A DNA stretch of 43,143 nt from the NCBI GenBank assembly GCA_003614675.1, contig ML002313.1, forward strand, positions 1 to 43,143, in the 5' to 3' direction. Within the stretch, counting starts at the first letter, position 1; each line of letters begins with the position of its first letter. The notes below the pieces were generated by a model. That model was given only the letters and a program-made list of their open reading frames with translations, searched no databases and was not told where the DNA came from. Positions 1-11,865 of this stretch are shown here, piece by piece. The translations under genes were made by a program, and so were the position numbers. This DNA is from Dimargaris cristalligena (taxonomy: Eukaryota).

Positions 1-53
1 TGGCCGCATCCAATGGATTTTTCATTATACAGCCTGAATGAACTTCTCCCATA

Positions 54-1226
54 TTGTTTATCTACCCCAGTGAAATAATTGCCAAACTAATCACCAACCC
101 TTATTTATCCTCCCAGGATTTGCTAAGTTTCAAATCGTCCCCCTCCCCGCAAAAGCCGCTCACGCTAGCCCCTTGGCGCAAATTGCTCTACATTAAACAG
201 GAATACCCCGATAACTACGTCGACGAGTCGTTCCTCGAGAATTTACAAAAGAACGTCAATTTCCAATCCTTCGATTATTTTGCACTGTGCCGGGAATCCA
301 CGGTGATTACCGAACATATTAGTAGCGTGCTTATTTTCGTGGCCGTGTTTATCCAGCTCTACCATGACCACCTCGACCCTCACCTACTCGTCTCATTAGG
401 ATCTGCGTTCGTGTTTTTGGGGTGTATTATTTGGGAATGGTGTTTAGCACGGCCCGTTTCAACCGGAATGTCCCCTGCGCATAGCCCGCCGACTTCCCCA
501 ACGTATAACCCTGAGGACCAAGCTTCCCCTTCAGCTTCCCGTCCGCCACCATCATCGTCACTACCAGCAGCAACGGTCGCCTCGCATAAACCCCCCCCTT
601 CGCCTGGAATCAATGCAGTCCCTCCGCCTCCCCAGGCATCCGCGGTGCCCCAGGCCCCTCCCATGCACAAATCATTTCTTAAAACCGCCGCCGTATTTTT
701 CCTGACTTTGTTGGGGCTCTCGCCTATTCTCCGCACTTTGACCCAGGGTATTAGTAGTGATTCCATCTGGGCCATGTCCGTTTGTCTCTTCATAACCAAC
801 ATCTTGTTCTTTGACTACAGCAGTGACTTGACGTACTCCATCCAATTCCCCGGTTCGGTGGCGCTCAATGCGGCCGTATTCGCCTGTGTCCTATTGGCCT
901 CGCGCCTATCGACCAACCTGCATGCCTTTGGGTTCATGTCATTTGCGCTCGAATGGTTCGCCCTTTTCCCGATTTTCCGCCGCTATCTGAAACGGATTAT
1001 GCCAACCGGCCATTTGATCCAAACCCTCCTCCTGGTGGCCATTACCTTTGTTCTGTTTTGGCCCATCTCCCGGGCCATTGCCGTCCTTTATATGATTGCC
1101 GTGTTTAGTCTTACGTTCATCTGTCCCATATGGCTTATTTTTATTCAGCGTTACAAGAACGAAATCCACGGTCCCTGGGACGAGGCCCGACCCAAAGTGC
1201 ACCGTTTTCGCTCCCCCCAGCGGTAA
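54..1226 (+). CDS. GPI2: Phosphatidylinositol N-acetylglucosaminyltransferase subunit GPI2/PIG-C (5' end uncertain)
   Basis: Has the family motifs WRKLLYIKQEYPDNYVDESFL, LSPILRTLT..ISSDSIWA, NAAVFACVLLASRL and the C-terminal YKNEIHGPWDEA, with multiple TM segments. The ORF start at 54 is TTG. A branch-like CTAAT (~87-91) and acceptor CCCAG at 112-116 suggest the exon really starts at 117, with the ATG in an upstream exon. Confidence 0.95.
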   Translation: MFIYPSEIIAKLITNPYLSSQDLLSFKSSPSPQKPLTLAPWRKLLYIKQEYPDNYVDESFLENLQKNVNFQSFDYFALCRESTVITEHISSVLIFVAVFIQLYHDHLDPHLLVSLGSAFVFLGCIIWEWCLARPVSTGMSPAHSPPTSPTYNPEDQASPSASRPPPSSSLPAATVASHKPPPSPGINAVPPPPQASAVPQAPPMHKSFLKTAAVFFLTLLGLSPILRTLTQGISSDSIWAMSVCLFITNILFFDYSSDLTYSIQFPGSVALNAAVFACVLLASRLSTNLHAFGFMSFALEWFALFPIFRRYLKRIMPTGHLIQTLLLVAITFVLFWPISRAIAVLYMIAVFSLTFICPIWLIFIQRYKNEIHGPWDEARPKVHRFRSPQR

Positions 1227-2083
1227 ACGATTGAAACGCACCATGTAATGGTGTCGCTCTATTGGTAGGGAGAAACCTTTGATCATTTTGTACAATTATT
1301 GATATACTAGAGCCCGTAATAAATATCCGGGATTGCATGCATCAGGCTGTCCACTTTTTGATCAAGCGGGTATACTTTGGGGGGTCGTACAGACTGCCTA
1401 TTAATTAATACAATTATACGAACTACCAATGCCGTCAGGTACTGGTATTATTTGAACGTAAGTAAGCGTGGCAATTACACTACAGCACTGGGGCTCATGA
1501 TCATCATACTGGTGACCTCACTTACCCAATTGATGGCAACTCTGACCTTTATACGTCTATGGAAAGCGGAATTCCTGTCTAATTGTCCCGAATGTACACG
1601 GGTTCTATTTAGAATTAGTAATGGTTAAAAAATAGGGCAAGCACCAGTGCTATAAACACGCTAATAGACATGATATATTGAAAATCCGGATTTTTAAAAA
1701 CCAATGTGCTTCACGATGTGTGCTCTATGGGACTACCTCCCGAGGCGTTCGCAAACCAACGATATGCACTGAATTGATGATCACTTTCTGGGGATATACT
1801 ACAATCGAGATGGGTTAATCGTTATCGTTCATTTAATATATACTGTGAGCTGTATAGTGGGGAGGACTTGTTGGAACCAAATGGTGCACTAAGGCCCATA
1901 TTTTTTGTTGGCTCACACAGGGACGGATTTACCTAAATTGGGCCTTCTTGCATTTTATAGGGGTGTTAGGTTATATATTGAATTGTCCCTAAAGGTCATT
2001 TTTATTTCGCAGTAAAAGCGTCCTATCTATTTATATCTACGCCCATACCAATTTGTAGCTCCTGGACTGGAGAGGGTGAGAGA

Positions 2084-2104
2084 AAGAGAGAGAGAGAGAG
2101 AGAG
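2084..2104. repeat. (GA)n microsatellite
   Basis: About 10 AG units read directly from the sequence. Confidence 0.9.
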
Positions 2105-2658
2105 TGGAGAGAATCGGAGGGATCCAGACATATTAGTCACGTGATGGATACCGACGTGGCACCGGTGATTGGATCGAAATTGGAGGATTGAGCCAACAGC
2201 GGAGACCATCCTTAAATAAAGGGACCGACGAGCCAGCCAGTGGGATTGGTACACTGGGAACGGAGGCCTTTAGGGCGCGGACAAATGATAGCTGGTAACG
2301 TCGCTCGGAAATTACACTACTACTACCCCCCAGGCTGTATGCGCAGATAGGGAGGCAACAACAGCGCATATAGAGTCGAGCTTTCGTGACCCAACTTCCT
2401 CACTTTTGGCTCTTCCACCGGCGTGTATATCCTCGTCTCCTACCTCTCTCCTTTTGTGCTTCGTTTTCCGACCGGCTTTTTAGATATACTTATCTATCGA
2501 CTTTTACATTAGCGCGCCCCTTCTTCGCTGCCTGGACTGCGCAGCCTTTTTATTACATCCCTTTCCTTTCCGTTTCAACTACTCCACATACCGCTGTCAT
2601 CTAGACGTATTCCTTGCATTGACCCGAGACGTCCACTCTTCACCCCCAAATTCATAAG

Positions 2659-2962
2659 GTTCGTCACCCAGCCACATTGGCCCACTCATCCCCTCGAGGG
2701 AACCCTACAGGAAACAAATTGGCGCGCAATTGCTACTACCCTACTGCTATTACCCTAGGTCATGGTTGTAGACCAGATGAAGTCCCTCGGCTGCGTTAGT
2801 GCTCCTTATTCCCGCCCCCTTCCATTATTTACCTGTCACTGCCGACCCAACTTGCCCAAGATGGGTTATACAAAAGACACAGTCACCTGGTACATGTCCC
2901 AGTCTCTAACCAACCCCGTCTACTTTTACTATCTCACCAACATGATAATTTCCGCCAACTAG
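2659..2962 (+). other. Probable 5'-UTR intron of SEC63
   Basis: AAG|GTTCGT donor at 2659, TCTAAC branch-like site near 2905, and CTAG acceptor at 2959-2962, 14 nt before the ATG. Confidence 0.45.
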
Positions 2963-2976
2963 CCGCCCTCGTCAAA

Positions 2977-4872
2977 ATGAAGTATAACTTCGACGAGACA
3001 GGGGTAAATTTCAATTACTTCCTGCTCTCCTTCCTGGTCATTGTCCTCGTACCAGCCACCTTTTCCCAACTCTTTTCTCGCAAGAACGACAACTTCACCG
3101 CCAAAACCAAGAAACACTATGTCTGCAAACATTTCAACAAGCGCCAGTCAGTGCTGACCAAAAAGACCCTTTTCATTATTCTCGGTTGGGTCGCCACTGC
3201 GTTCCTCGTTCAGCATATCCGCGACACCGCGGTGGAATCCGCCGTGTCCTGGGATCCCTTTGATATTCTCAGCATTCCGTCCGGCTCCACGCCCCAACAG
3301 ATCAAGAAGCAGTACCGTAAACTCAGTCTGCAGTTTCACCCCGATAAGGTAGACCCCGCCGACAAGGACACCTCCGAATCCAAGTACATTGAAATCACTA
3401 AGGCCTACAAGGTACTCACTGATGATGCGGCGCGTGAGAACTACGAGAAATACGGGCATCCCGATGGCCGGCAGAGCTACGACATGGTGATTGCCCTTCC
3501 CCAGTGGCTGGTCGAATCACAGTCGTCGCCTTACGTATTGGCCCTCTACGGTCTGCTTTTCGGTATTCTGATGCCCATCTATGTGGGACTCTGGTGGAGC
3601 CGGTCTAAGCAGCTCACCAAAGAAGGCCTCCATAACAAGACCATGGGTCTGTACTTCAAGGAACTGAAAGAGGGCGTGCATGTTGCGGACATGATTGACC
3701 TCCTAACCGCTAGTACCGAGTACGAACTTAACCCCGGCTACAAGCCCGCCGACGACGCCGAACTGCCGGCCCTTGCTGAGAAGGTTAAACTGGAGGTGGA
3801 GCGAGTCTCGGGCGAGGCCTTCGAACCCTCGACCAAGTACACCGGTCCCGTCACCTGGAAGGCCAAGGTGCTGCTCTATGCCCATTTCTACCGTGTCGAT
3901 GTCGGCAGTGATCGGTACCGTGAAGAACAGCAGATCATCGTGATTGAGGCTCTGCACCTGCTGGTCGGTGTCCGTGCGATCGTCGAGGCCTACAACTGGC
4001 TGTATCCTACCTTTTATGCTATCGAGTTGGGTCAAATGCTTGTCCAGGCCGTACCCCAGTACGAATCCCCCCTCCTGCAACTGCCCCACATGACCCGCGA
4101 AGCCGTTACCGAAATTGTTGCTCGCAAGCCCCACCTCACCAACGCCCTCAAGCTCAAGGCCTTGGATGAAGATGAGCGTCAGCAGGCCCTCCGGTCCTTA
4201 ACAACCGAAGACTTTGCCGAACTCGAAGCCGAGTTAGCCCGCATCCCCCAAATCTCCCTCCGCAACCCTACTTTCAAGGTAGTGGGCGATGAGATCATTA
4301 CCCCCCGGGCTATCATGACCTTCACCGTTGAACTGACGACCAAGGGTCCCCTGGCCCCCATTACCCCCATCACCCCCAAGGCCCCCAGACCAAGTGCCCT
4401 GGGTGACGACGACCTGGATATTGACGAAGAGGATGACGGTGTCGACAAGCTCATCAACCGGAACAACCCTGATGTGCCCGAAGTGTATGCTCCGTACACC
4501 TCGGTCTGCAAGCATTCCTTCTGGTGGTTAGTGCTGGGCGACCCCAAGTCAAACCGGTTCACCGTGGATCCCGTGCGCATTACTGACCTGAGCAGCTCCA
4601 AGTCCGTCAAACTCCAGTTCCAGGCTCCCCAAGAACCCGGTACCTACGGCCTTACCCTGTATATTAAGAGTGATGCGTATATTGGCAGTGATATTCACTC
4701 TGAGCTGGAATTTGTCGTCAGCAACGCGGCCGACCTGCCGTACGAGTCGGAACCCGACGATGATATTTCCGAACCCGAGGTCGACTCGCTGGCTGGCCAA
4801 ATGGCCCAGATGCGTAACCAGCAGGGTGGGCCCGCCGGTCCGGATGATGACCAAACGTCGGATGACGAGTAA
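2977..4872 (+). CDS. SEC63: ER translocon subunit Sec63 (J domain + Sec63/Brl domain, acidic tail)
   Basis: N-terminal MKYNFDETG..F.YF, three TM segments, J domain with HPD (KKQYRKLSLQFHPDK...YEKYGHPDG), Brl domain (SPLLQLPH; FQAPQEPGTY...SDAYIGSD), and acidic C-terminus (DDDISEPEVDSLAGQMAQMR). Confidence 0.97.
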   Translation: MKYNFDETGVNFNYFLLSFLVIVLVPATFSQLFSRKNDNFTAKTKKHYVCKHFNKRQSVLTKKTLFIILGWVATAFLVQHIRDTAVESAVSWDPFDILSIPSGSTPQQIKKQYRKLSLQFHPDKVDPADKDTSESKYIEITKAYKVLTDDAARENYEKYGHPDGRQSYDMVIALPQWLVESQSSPYVLALYGLLFGILMPIYVGLWWSRSKQLTKEGLHNKTMGLYFKELKEGVHVADMIDLLTASTEYELNPGYKPADDAELPALAEKVKLEVERVSGEAFEPSTKYTGPVTWKAKVLLYAHFYRVDVGSDRYREEQQIIVIEALHLLVGVRAIVEAYNWLYPTFYAIELGQMLVQAVPQYESPLLQLPHMTREAVTEIVARKPHLTNALKLKALDEDERQQALRSLTTEDFAELEAELARIPQISLRNPTFKVVGDEIITPRAIMTFTVELTTKGPLAPITPITPKAPRPSALGDDDLDIDEEDDGVDKLINRNNPDVPEVYAPYTSVCKHSFWWLVLGDPKSNRFTVDPVRITDLSSSKSVKLQFQAPQEPGTYGLTLYIKSDAYIGSDIHSELEFVVSNAADLPYESEPDDDISEPEVDSLAGQMAQMRNQQGGPAGPDDDQTSDDE

Positions 4873-6105
4873 ATTACACTCAAAGGCGGGGGGAATTGGG
4901 TACTGGGCCGGTACAACCTACTGATCTCTTTCCTATATTTCTCACTTTGTTTAACAATGTTAGTACCATACCGCTGCTCATTTTCAATTATTGGCCCCAA
5001 TAAGAGACTGCCCCTCCTCCTCTTCTTGCGGTGGTTGGACGTACTTAGTTTAACCCTTTCCTGTTGTTTGGCTCTATCAGTTCCATGACATTCTGCGGTC
5101 TGGTAAGCGAATATGACCACTACCAATAATACCCCTCGGCTGATGGAGAGCGGTGAATGGACGGGGGCTTAGTCCCTTTTACTCTCAATCCAACGTCCTC
5201 GACGCCTCTTCCTAACGAATTTAGCGTTCTTTCACATAATGATAGCCTGAGTGTTGCTTGCTCATTTAGGCCACCAGTATCATTTCCCAAATTTTTTTAT
5301 TTCTGCAATTCCTCTTGCACTTACGCGCACATTATTTTTTTGTCCAACACTTCGTTATTCATTATATATTTAGTCACCTCGTTTATCTCATGGCTGTAAA
5401 TCGTTTCAGCGTACCTGTATTCGACTGTTGGGTTGATCTTTTATCGCCCTTTTAAAATGTACCTCATTCAATATTAAAAATGAATGTTAGCTAGAACTCT
5501 TCGCCAGTGCAGTGTGTACTATGCATGTCTCTTTTGATATTGCCGACTCTACCCACCAACAGATTTGAGAACTGTATCCGGGAATCTTACCTTTCTTAGA
5601 GTCTGGTATATACCTTACCATGTTAGCTATAGGTGTAAAATGGATATTTGCGTCTGCGAATAGGGTTGTTCATGGTCCACTAAGGTGGGTTGATGTATAA
5701 CACGTGTGGGGTAATTTCAACGGGTCTTTATGTTCGTTATAGATAACTATACCCCGGAGAAACCATCTATTTGATGGTTGCTGTGAGGTAAATTGGGGCA
5801 ATTGGGTTAATGGACTGGTTTGACATTTTATTACCAGGGGAGGTCATTGGGTTTCCCACCCATTTGACAGCTAAACTGGCTGCTTTAGTTTGGTCCAGTC
5901 CGTATCTGATGAAGGTTGATTAGTTACGCTCACTCGTCACATGCGAAGTAATGCTCAATAACGAACAAGTTGTTACCGGGCTGTTCTTATTTAGTTGCAC
6001 ACACATATATATAAAAGATATCAATTCTTCCACAATTAAAGCAAGCCCCTAATATCTTTTTTGTATTACTTAAAGAGTACTGGTGTCATTCCTAATTTAT
6101 CAGCC

Positions 6106-6123
6106 TTCTGGAGGCTTCTAGTA
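6106..6123. promoter_or_regulatory. Degenerate heat-shock element (HSE) upstream of FES1
   Basis: TTC-tg-GAG-gc-TTC-ta-GTA follows nTTCn/nGAAn alternation. A second degenerate element TTC-gc-GAA-gt-TAC lies at 6376-6388. FES1 is an Hsf1 target in yeast. Confidence 0.3.
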
Positions 6124-6479
6124 CAACCTAAACCGTGCTTCGTTTTTACGGGAATTTCCCTCCCCCCTCTTATCACTGGAACCTTGATTGACCTCAGCTA
6201 AATTCAATACTTATTTAGTAGTCACCAGCCGCTGTTTCAAATTATTTTACCATAGTTTTTGATACAGCCTGTTTTTTTGCCCTTGGAGGGTGTTTCTGCT
6301 TTTCTGTTCTAAAATTATAGTTTACCTACCTCTACTTTATTTCACCATACTACAATTATTATAACATATTCTATATTCGCGAAGTTACCACCACTTCCAC
6401 TTCCATTTCCAACCTCCCCCTCCCCCTCCCTCCCCCTCCCTCTCCCCGCAAATTCCGTTTTTTTTTTCTCAACCCGACC

Positions 6480-7412
6480 ATGGATAAACTTCTCAAATGG
6501 GCGGTACTCAATAGTGCCACCGCTAATGAGGATGCACCCGCCACGACCCAGCCGCGCCCGGACCACCAAAAGCTCGACCCGGCCATTATTGATCACATTC
6601 TGGGCAAAGATGAGTCCGTGCTCATGCGCGAGGCCATGGCCGTCATCCAGAACCCCAACCTCGATTGGGAAGCCAAAGAGATCGCCTTTGAGGATCTGGA
6701 ACTGCTCGTTTCCCATATTGACAATGCCAACAATCTCGTTCCGCTGCAACTCTGGGGGCCTCTGATGGACCTCCTCCAAGACCCCGACCCGCGCATGCGG
6801 AGTAACGCGGCGTGGATCCTGGGGACTAGTTTACAAAACAATCCCAAAGCCCAACGCCGTTTCCAAGAGGATCTGGCGACCCCCATGGTCGAAGGGGGAG
6901 GCGGTCTTCTAAGGGTCCTTCCCTTACTCCAAGCCGACCAGCCCGTGGCCGTTCAGGATAAGGCCCTCTTCTGCATTTCGGCCTATGTCCGCCAATTCCC
7001 GCCCGGTCTGCAACAGCTCATCGAATTGCGGGGGTTGGAAATGCTCAAGCTGGTGGTGGAGGACCCCGCGCGCGCGGGTAAATTGAAACGCCGCATTTAC
7101 TTTTTCCTCGCGACGTTGCTCAACGGGGCCGACACGTACGGGCCTACTTTGGCCCAACGGTTGCGGAAGGACCGGTATTTGGAACTCCTGGTGGAACAGA
7201 TCCCCCAATTATTGGAAGCCGGTGAGCTGGATACGCTGGATCATGCCCTACGGTTGTTGGTGGCGTTGCATGATCATGATGCGTCGCTGAGTTTAGCTAA
7301 AACCCTCAAAGAGAATCCGGCCCTGTGGCAGGCTATTCAGAAAATCGGGCAGAGTCCGGCTAGAGACGGTATCTCGGAAGACGTTTGGGATAAGATTAAG
7401 AGTATCCTTTAA
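6480..7412 (+). CDS. FES1: Hsp70 nucleotide exchange factor Fes1/HspBP1
   Basis: N-terminus MDKLLKWAVLNS, then AFEDLELLVSHIDNANNL, AAWILGTSLQNNPKAQ and KALFCISAYVR: armadillo-repeat Fes1 signature. Confidence 0.95.
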   Translation: MDKLLKWAVLNSATANEDAPATTQPRPDHQKLDPAIIDHILGKDESVLMREAMAVIQNPNLDWEAKEIAFEDLELLVSHIDNANNLVPLQLWGPLMDLLQDPDPRMRSNAAWILGTSLQNNPKAQRRFQEDLATPMVEGGGGLLRVLPLLQADQPVAVQDKALFCISAYVRQFPPGLQQLIELRGLEMLKLVVEDPARAGKLKRRIYFFLATLLNGADTYGPTLAQRLRKDRYLELLVEQIPQLLEAGELDTLDHALRLLVALHDHDASLSLAKTLKENPALWQAIQKIGQSPARDGISEDVWDKIKSIL

Positions 7413-7789
7413 ACCGTCGTTCGTTACCCCCCACTCGCTACTATTCCTCTCTCACCCTACATAATTTTACCTTATCGTCGTAGTAATGCTAGGCCTACTG
7501 GGTCTGAGTCTTTTCGCAATCAACACACACACACCTGTGCCTTTTTTATCTTATTATAAACTTTTGATAGCTTGGTGACCCGATTTGATCTTTAATTAGT
7601 GTCCCCTGTAGCTCCATGGTAAAATGTTACACTTTTTTTCTTTTAATAAAATTCACACCTTTAACCACTTCCAGGTTCGTTTGTATTCTGAGGAGTGCAT
7701 ATCCGTTTCAGCCATACATTCTAATCCGATTATTATTATTATTATTTACAGAAAATGTCCGGGAGTTTACACATTCCAAAAAACTTCGA

Positions 7790-9353
7790 TTATTCCAGTT
7801 GGATCAGATCGTGTTCGGTATAGACTGTCAAATTACGGATGATACGTTGTTGCCGGCGCTGGCTAATCCCGATGAGTTCCAGATAATAGCTCGTGGACCG
7901 ATAGATGCGCCGCAAATGTTTCATCGTCTCGCGCATTGCTTCGGGCGGGGCATCTGCAAACGAGTCGGGCATTCCGGTTCCGCGCATGTCACTCTTGACC
8001 TCATCCAATTTATCCTTCATGCCTTCGCGCGTTTTGGCGTAGTCGTCCACGATGAGGCGATCATCCACTCCGAGGAGCGACAGCAGTAACGCAATGATAA
8101 TCCCCGTGCGGTCTTTGCCGTGCGAACAGTGCACGAGAATAGGGTAGTTGTCTAGGTTACTGAAAATCTTGATGGCGCGTGCGATTTCTTTGCCCGAGTA
8201 GCAGAGGAGACCGGCGTAGAAGCCTTGGAGACCGATGTTTTTGAATATGTCTTTGCCTACGGTGTCCAGCATCTGCTGCTTCATTCCGCGTAATTGGTAG
8301 TAGGCCAGTTTGCTGAGTTTTGGATAGGGATGCATGTAGTTAAAGAATAGGGTGGTTATTGGGTTAGCGCATACCGCGAAGAAATATAATTGGAGAATGG
8401 CAATCAATCAATTTGCTGAGTGGGGGTCGGCGCATGGTGTCTAAGCCCATCAATGACCAACTACGATATATACCATGCCCCTCCACAAAAAACAGCACAG
8501 GGCGTCGTTACCCCCGCGCCTTTTACATGGTCCAAAATACCATGGCACCCTTAAGCCCATGTGTATGGTGGACTAATAAGAGCCACCTGTTATTCCGTAT
8601 CCTAGCTTACCTTTTGGTGGATAGACTCGCCGACTTCCACACAAAGCCGTAGCGGAAGCGCGACCCGATCAGGTTGACATTGTAGCGCTTTTGGGTTCGT
8701 ACTGGTGCCGGGGTTAAACTCAATTTCTGTAAGTCGGCGCGTAGGTTCGTATAGGACCCGTTCGGTCTACGTGCGGCGGAGGACGGGCCGTCAACGGCCG
8801 AATTCGTTACAGTGGAAGTGGACATGGATTCCGCGTCTGATTCAACATCACCCCCACTGGACGTCAGAGTGAGCGAATCACTACCGTACGATCCCCGTTT
8901 CGTCTCCCAAGGCGCACTATAAGAAGAAGAAGAGGAGGATGGTCGGGGCGGTATTGGCGGCGGGGGTGGTTCTAATAAATCGGACGCACTGGAGTAATTC
9001 TTGATGGACGGCGCATCCACCAACGGGCCCCCTAAAACGGTCGCCGTGGCCAAGGGGAATGAATTAAACCAAGGGGTCTGTTGGTCGTCGCCTTCCACTT
9101 CGGACCGGAGGTCAAGAATGGTCCGGATACCGATTTTCTTGGTGATACGGATCAGGTCTTCATCGGACGCATAATCCGGTTTGGCCGACCGGAACAGCAT
9201 CCGGGGTTTGAGGTGGACGCGTTTGGCGGGGTCAATGTGGATTTCTTTGCTGGACTCGTTAATGGAACAGGCCACATCCCGGAAATTGGAGATATTTTGG
9301 AACTGGTAGGTGCGCAGCTCGCTAAGGGTGGGTGATTCCGGCATGGTTGTCAT
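7790..9353 (-). CDS. Cysteine-type protein tyrosine/serine phosphatase (Y_phosphatase3, PtpB/IphP-like); exons 9353-8611 and 8312-7790
   Basis: NISNFRDV, LFRSA and IRTILDLRSE in exon 1; P-loop LVHCSHGKDRTG and IVDDYAKT in exon 2. Donor AAG|GTAAGC at 8610 and acceptor ACTCAG|C at 8313 join in phase to give ...STKSKLAYYQLRG... Confidence 0.88.
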
Positions 9354-11436
9354 GGTGGTATAGGCGGTAGAAACAGGCGAAATACGAATATGCAAAGGTA
9401 TGGCGGCGTAGCGGCTTCGACAAATTGATACAATGTGAGGGAGGTCAGAAATTGAATATAGGTAAATGCAACGAAGTGCAAGGCCTATTTGGTAATAGTT
9501 TGGAAGTAAATGGTACAGGTGATAGATAAGCAAATTGGTCAAAATATATAAACTAAAGTACGTGAAAGACGCGATATATAAACTCTGTAGGGATTATGGG
9601 TATGAAAGTAGCGGCATATATATACCCTTCAGTATTGAACACTTGATGATTATAGCATATGGCAGTAAATAGTCTCTCTATATACTATTATTAATCCACA
9701 AAATAAAGAAAAGGGTCCAGAAATAGTTAAAGTGTGTGTGGGGGGGGGTTACGTAAAGTGGTCATGGTGGGAGATATGAGTCTGCTGTTCGCCTTGCCAA
9801 CCCTTGGCAAATTAGCCAAATGGAGTCAGAGGTTCACCCTATTTCTATCTGAAACCATTGGGCTGGTCATTGCGAAAACCATCCAATGGCGTATATCACC
9901 ATCACATTGGCACACTAGGTAATAATAGTCGGGTTTTGACCCTGCGGATACTATGGAATTAGAAATATATGGTATATATATATATTCTTTTCTTTAGCAA
10001 ACCTTTGAGTATGGTAATCAATCTCCGGCTTAGCCCTTCATACCATTAATAGGGGGATTCCTTCTCTCTATCCGACATTATTTATATTTGTGTACTAAGA
10101 GCTATTTTACCAGCGGCCCTAAAATTGGTTTGGTCAGGCGGTTTCAGATGGAATTTCTAAATTAAACCTGAGGTGACATCATCCCGACTAGACCGGCTAA
10201 CCTGGTTTAGCTCCAATCGGGAAATACGGCCACCCAATCATCCTGCCTCCCCGCCTCGATTCAAATGGGCGCCGTATTTTTCCACCGGTTCTCTTCCTGT
10301 ATTCATTCTAGGCGAGTATATTATACTACACCATATTGCATGCTTTACCCGTTTCTGGGCATCTAAAGGGGGCGGAGGGTCGGATTAATCGGTGATTTTT
10401 CTTACCATCCAAACCCGTATTGCGTTTCCCATATTTCACCACTACTTGTTCTGGAGTCTTCAATATAGACTGTTCACCTGTCGCCTGGTATTACCAAAGA
10501 AATCCAGGCATTTTTCAAAAACACTTTTTACTATAAAGGCAGCGTCGCTGTCCCGCGTCTTATTTTTTTGCCGGAAACTTAATCCCTCTGGTTGGTTTTC
10601 CCCAATAAACATCTCTAATTTAGTCCTGCTTTTTCCTCCGGTTATTCAGATTGATTGACTTGTTCACTCCGGCGACCCTGAACGAGAAAGTGCAACTGCT
10701 GTTTCTTATTACAATCAATATAAATGTAATTATGATTTATATGATTTTTAAATATCGAGTAAGGCTGCGTGTCTCTCGCCCCTGTGTGAATGGGTTTGGA
10801 TAGTTGGGCTGCAATACTCATCCGCAATATCTACTAGACAAACATGGGCATCTCATGCACAGAATGAGGCGACCTGTCTTGTCGGCCCCCCATTCCAATA
10901 GTCTCAATAAGAAAGTGTATCAGCCAACTTCCCACCACACCACCGGTATTCGGTTACACGTTGAAGATCGTAATTATGGGTGATATCGGTTGTATTGGGT
11001 ATATAATACGAAGAGGGACAAGGGGACTCAGTAAAATGTCTACAAAACAAGGAGTCGGAAACGTAATATTGACAGGCATTGAATAGCTAGAGCCGTAGCA
11101 CTAAATACAATCACTGGCTGGTTGGAGAACACATCGGGTAAGTGTTAGTTGAACGAAACAGTACTGGTATCGATTAGCTTAAGTAAGGTGCTAAAAGCCC
11201 CCCTATAACACAGTAGTATGTCGGCTAGTAACTACACGCAATCGCTTTCGTTTCTGAGGCCACTAGACAATTGGGTAGGTTTCCTAGGTCCCCACCGCCA
11301 TTCAATTCTATATAATAGTTATGGCGTTCTTTTTGGCGGACGAAAGGGTAAGTTGGAAATGGGGATTCCGTACCTTTTCCCCCCTTTTAGTCCGGCTACC
11401 ACATATTTGGGGTGGCTGGAGGGTGGGTAGAGGATA

Positions 11437-11865
11437 CTATGGCCTGCGATACAAAGCAGGGTCGGGCCGACGTGAACATGTATTAATATGATCGTTTAAG
11501 TCCGCGTGGGACTGGAACACCTCGCTGCAGTAGGGACAGTCATCATTGTGGTACTCAACGTAGTGCTCCATGACATGGTTACGCAGCAACTCTTCGTGAC
11601 AGATGGAGCAAATGATCCGAATGGAGGGCCTACGCGCCACGGGAGTTCGGAGAGTCGGCGGCGGTGGTGGTGTGATGTGGGAGGGGATGGTGGTGCTGGG
11701 AATATTGACGGAGGACGTTGACTTGGTAGGTGAGGCAGTATAAAGGTTCATCGAAGAACTCCTATCCGGACTTCGATTAGTCCCCCGTGACCAGCCAGGT
11801 CCGGCTGTTGGTCGCCGGCGATGGTGATGGCTAGGGGGCGAGGAGGTACAGTTGTATTGTTCCAT
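11437..11865 (-). CDS. Small zinc-finger protein (C2H2 + C2HC), Ser/Pro-rich N-terminus
   Basis: CSICHEELLRNHVMEHYVEYH followed by CPYCSEVFQSHADLNDHINTC; upstream TATATAAAA on the minus strand near 12170. Confidence 0.7.
   Translation of the reverse strand: MEQYNCTSSPPSHHHRRRPTAGPGWSRGTNRSPDRSSSMNLYTASPTKSTSSVNIPSTTIPSHITPPPPPTLRTPVARRPSIRIICSICHEELLRNHVMEHYVEYHNDDCPYCSEVFQSHADLNDHINTCSRRPDPALYRRP

Noticed and set aside
3148..5126. Multiple antisense and alternate-frame ORFs within SEC63 (likewise in FES1 and OSCA)
   Set aside because: Shadow ORFs of GC3-rich coding sequence with no recognisable motifs.
5906..5950. CTGATGA as a hammerhead core or C/D snoRNA box (also TGATGA at ~1775)
   Set aside because: No matching GAAA/stems or properly placed D box with a terminal stem could be found.
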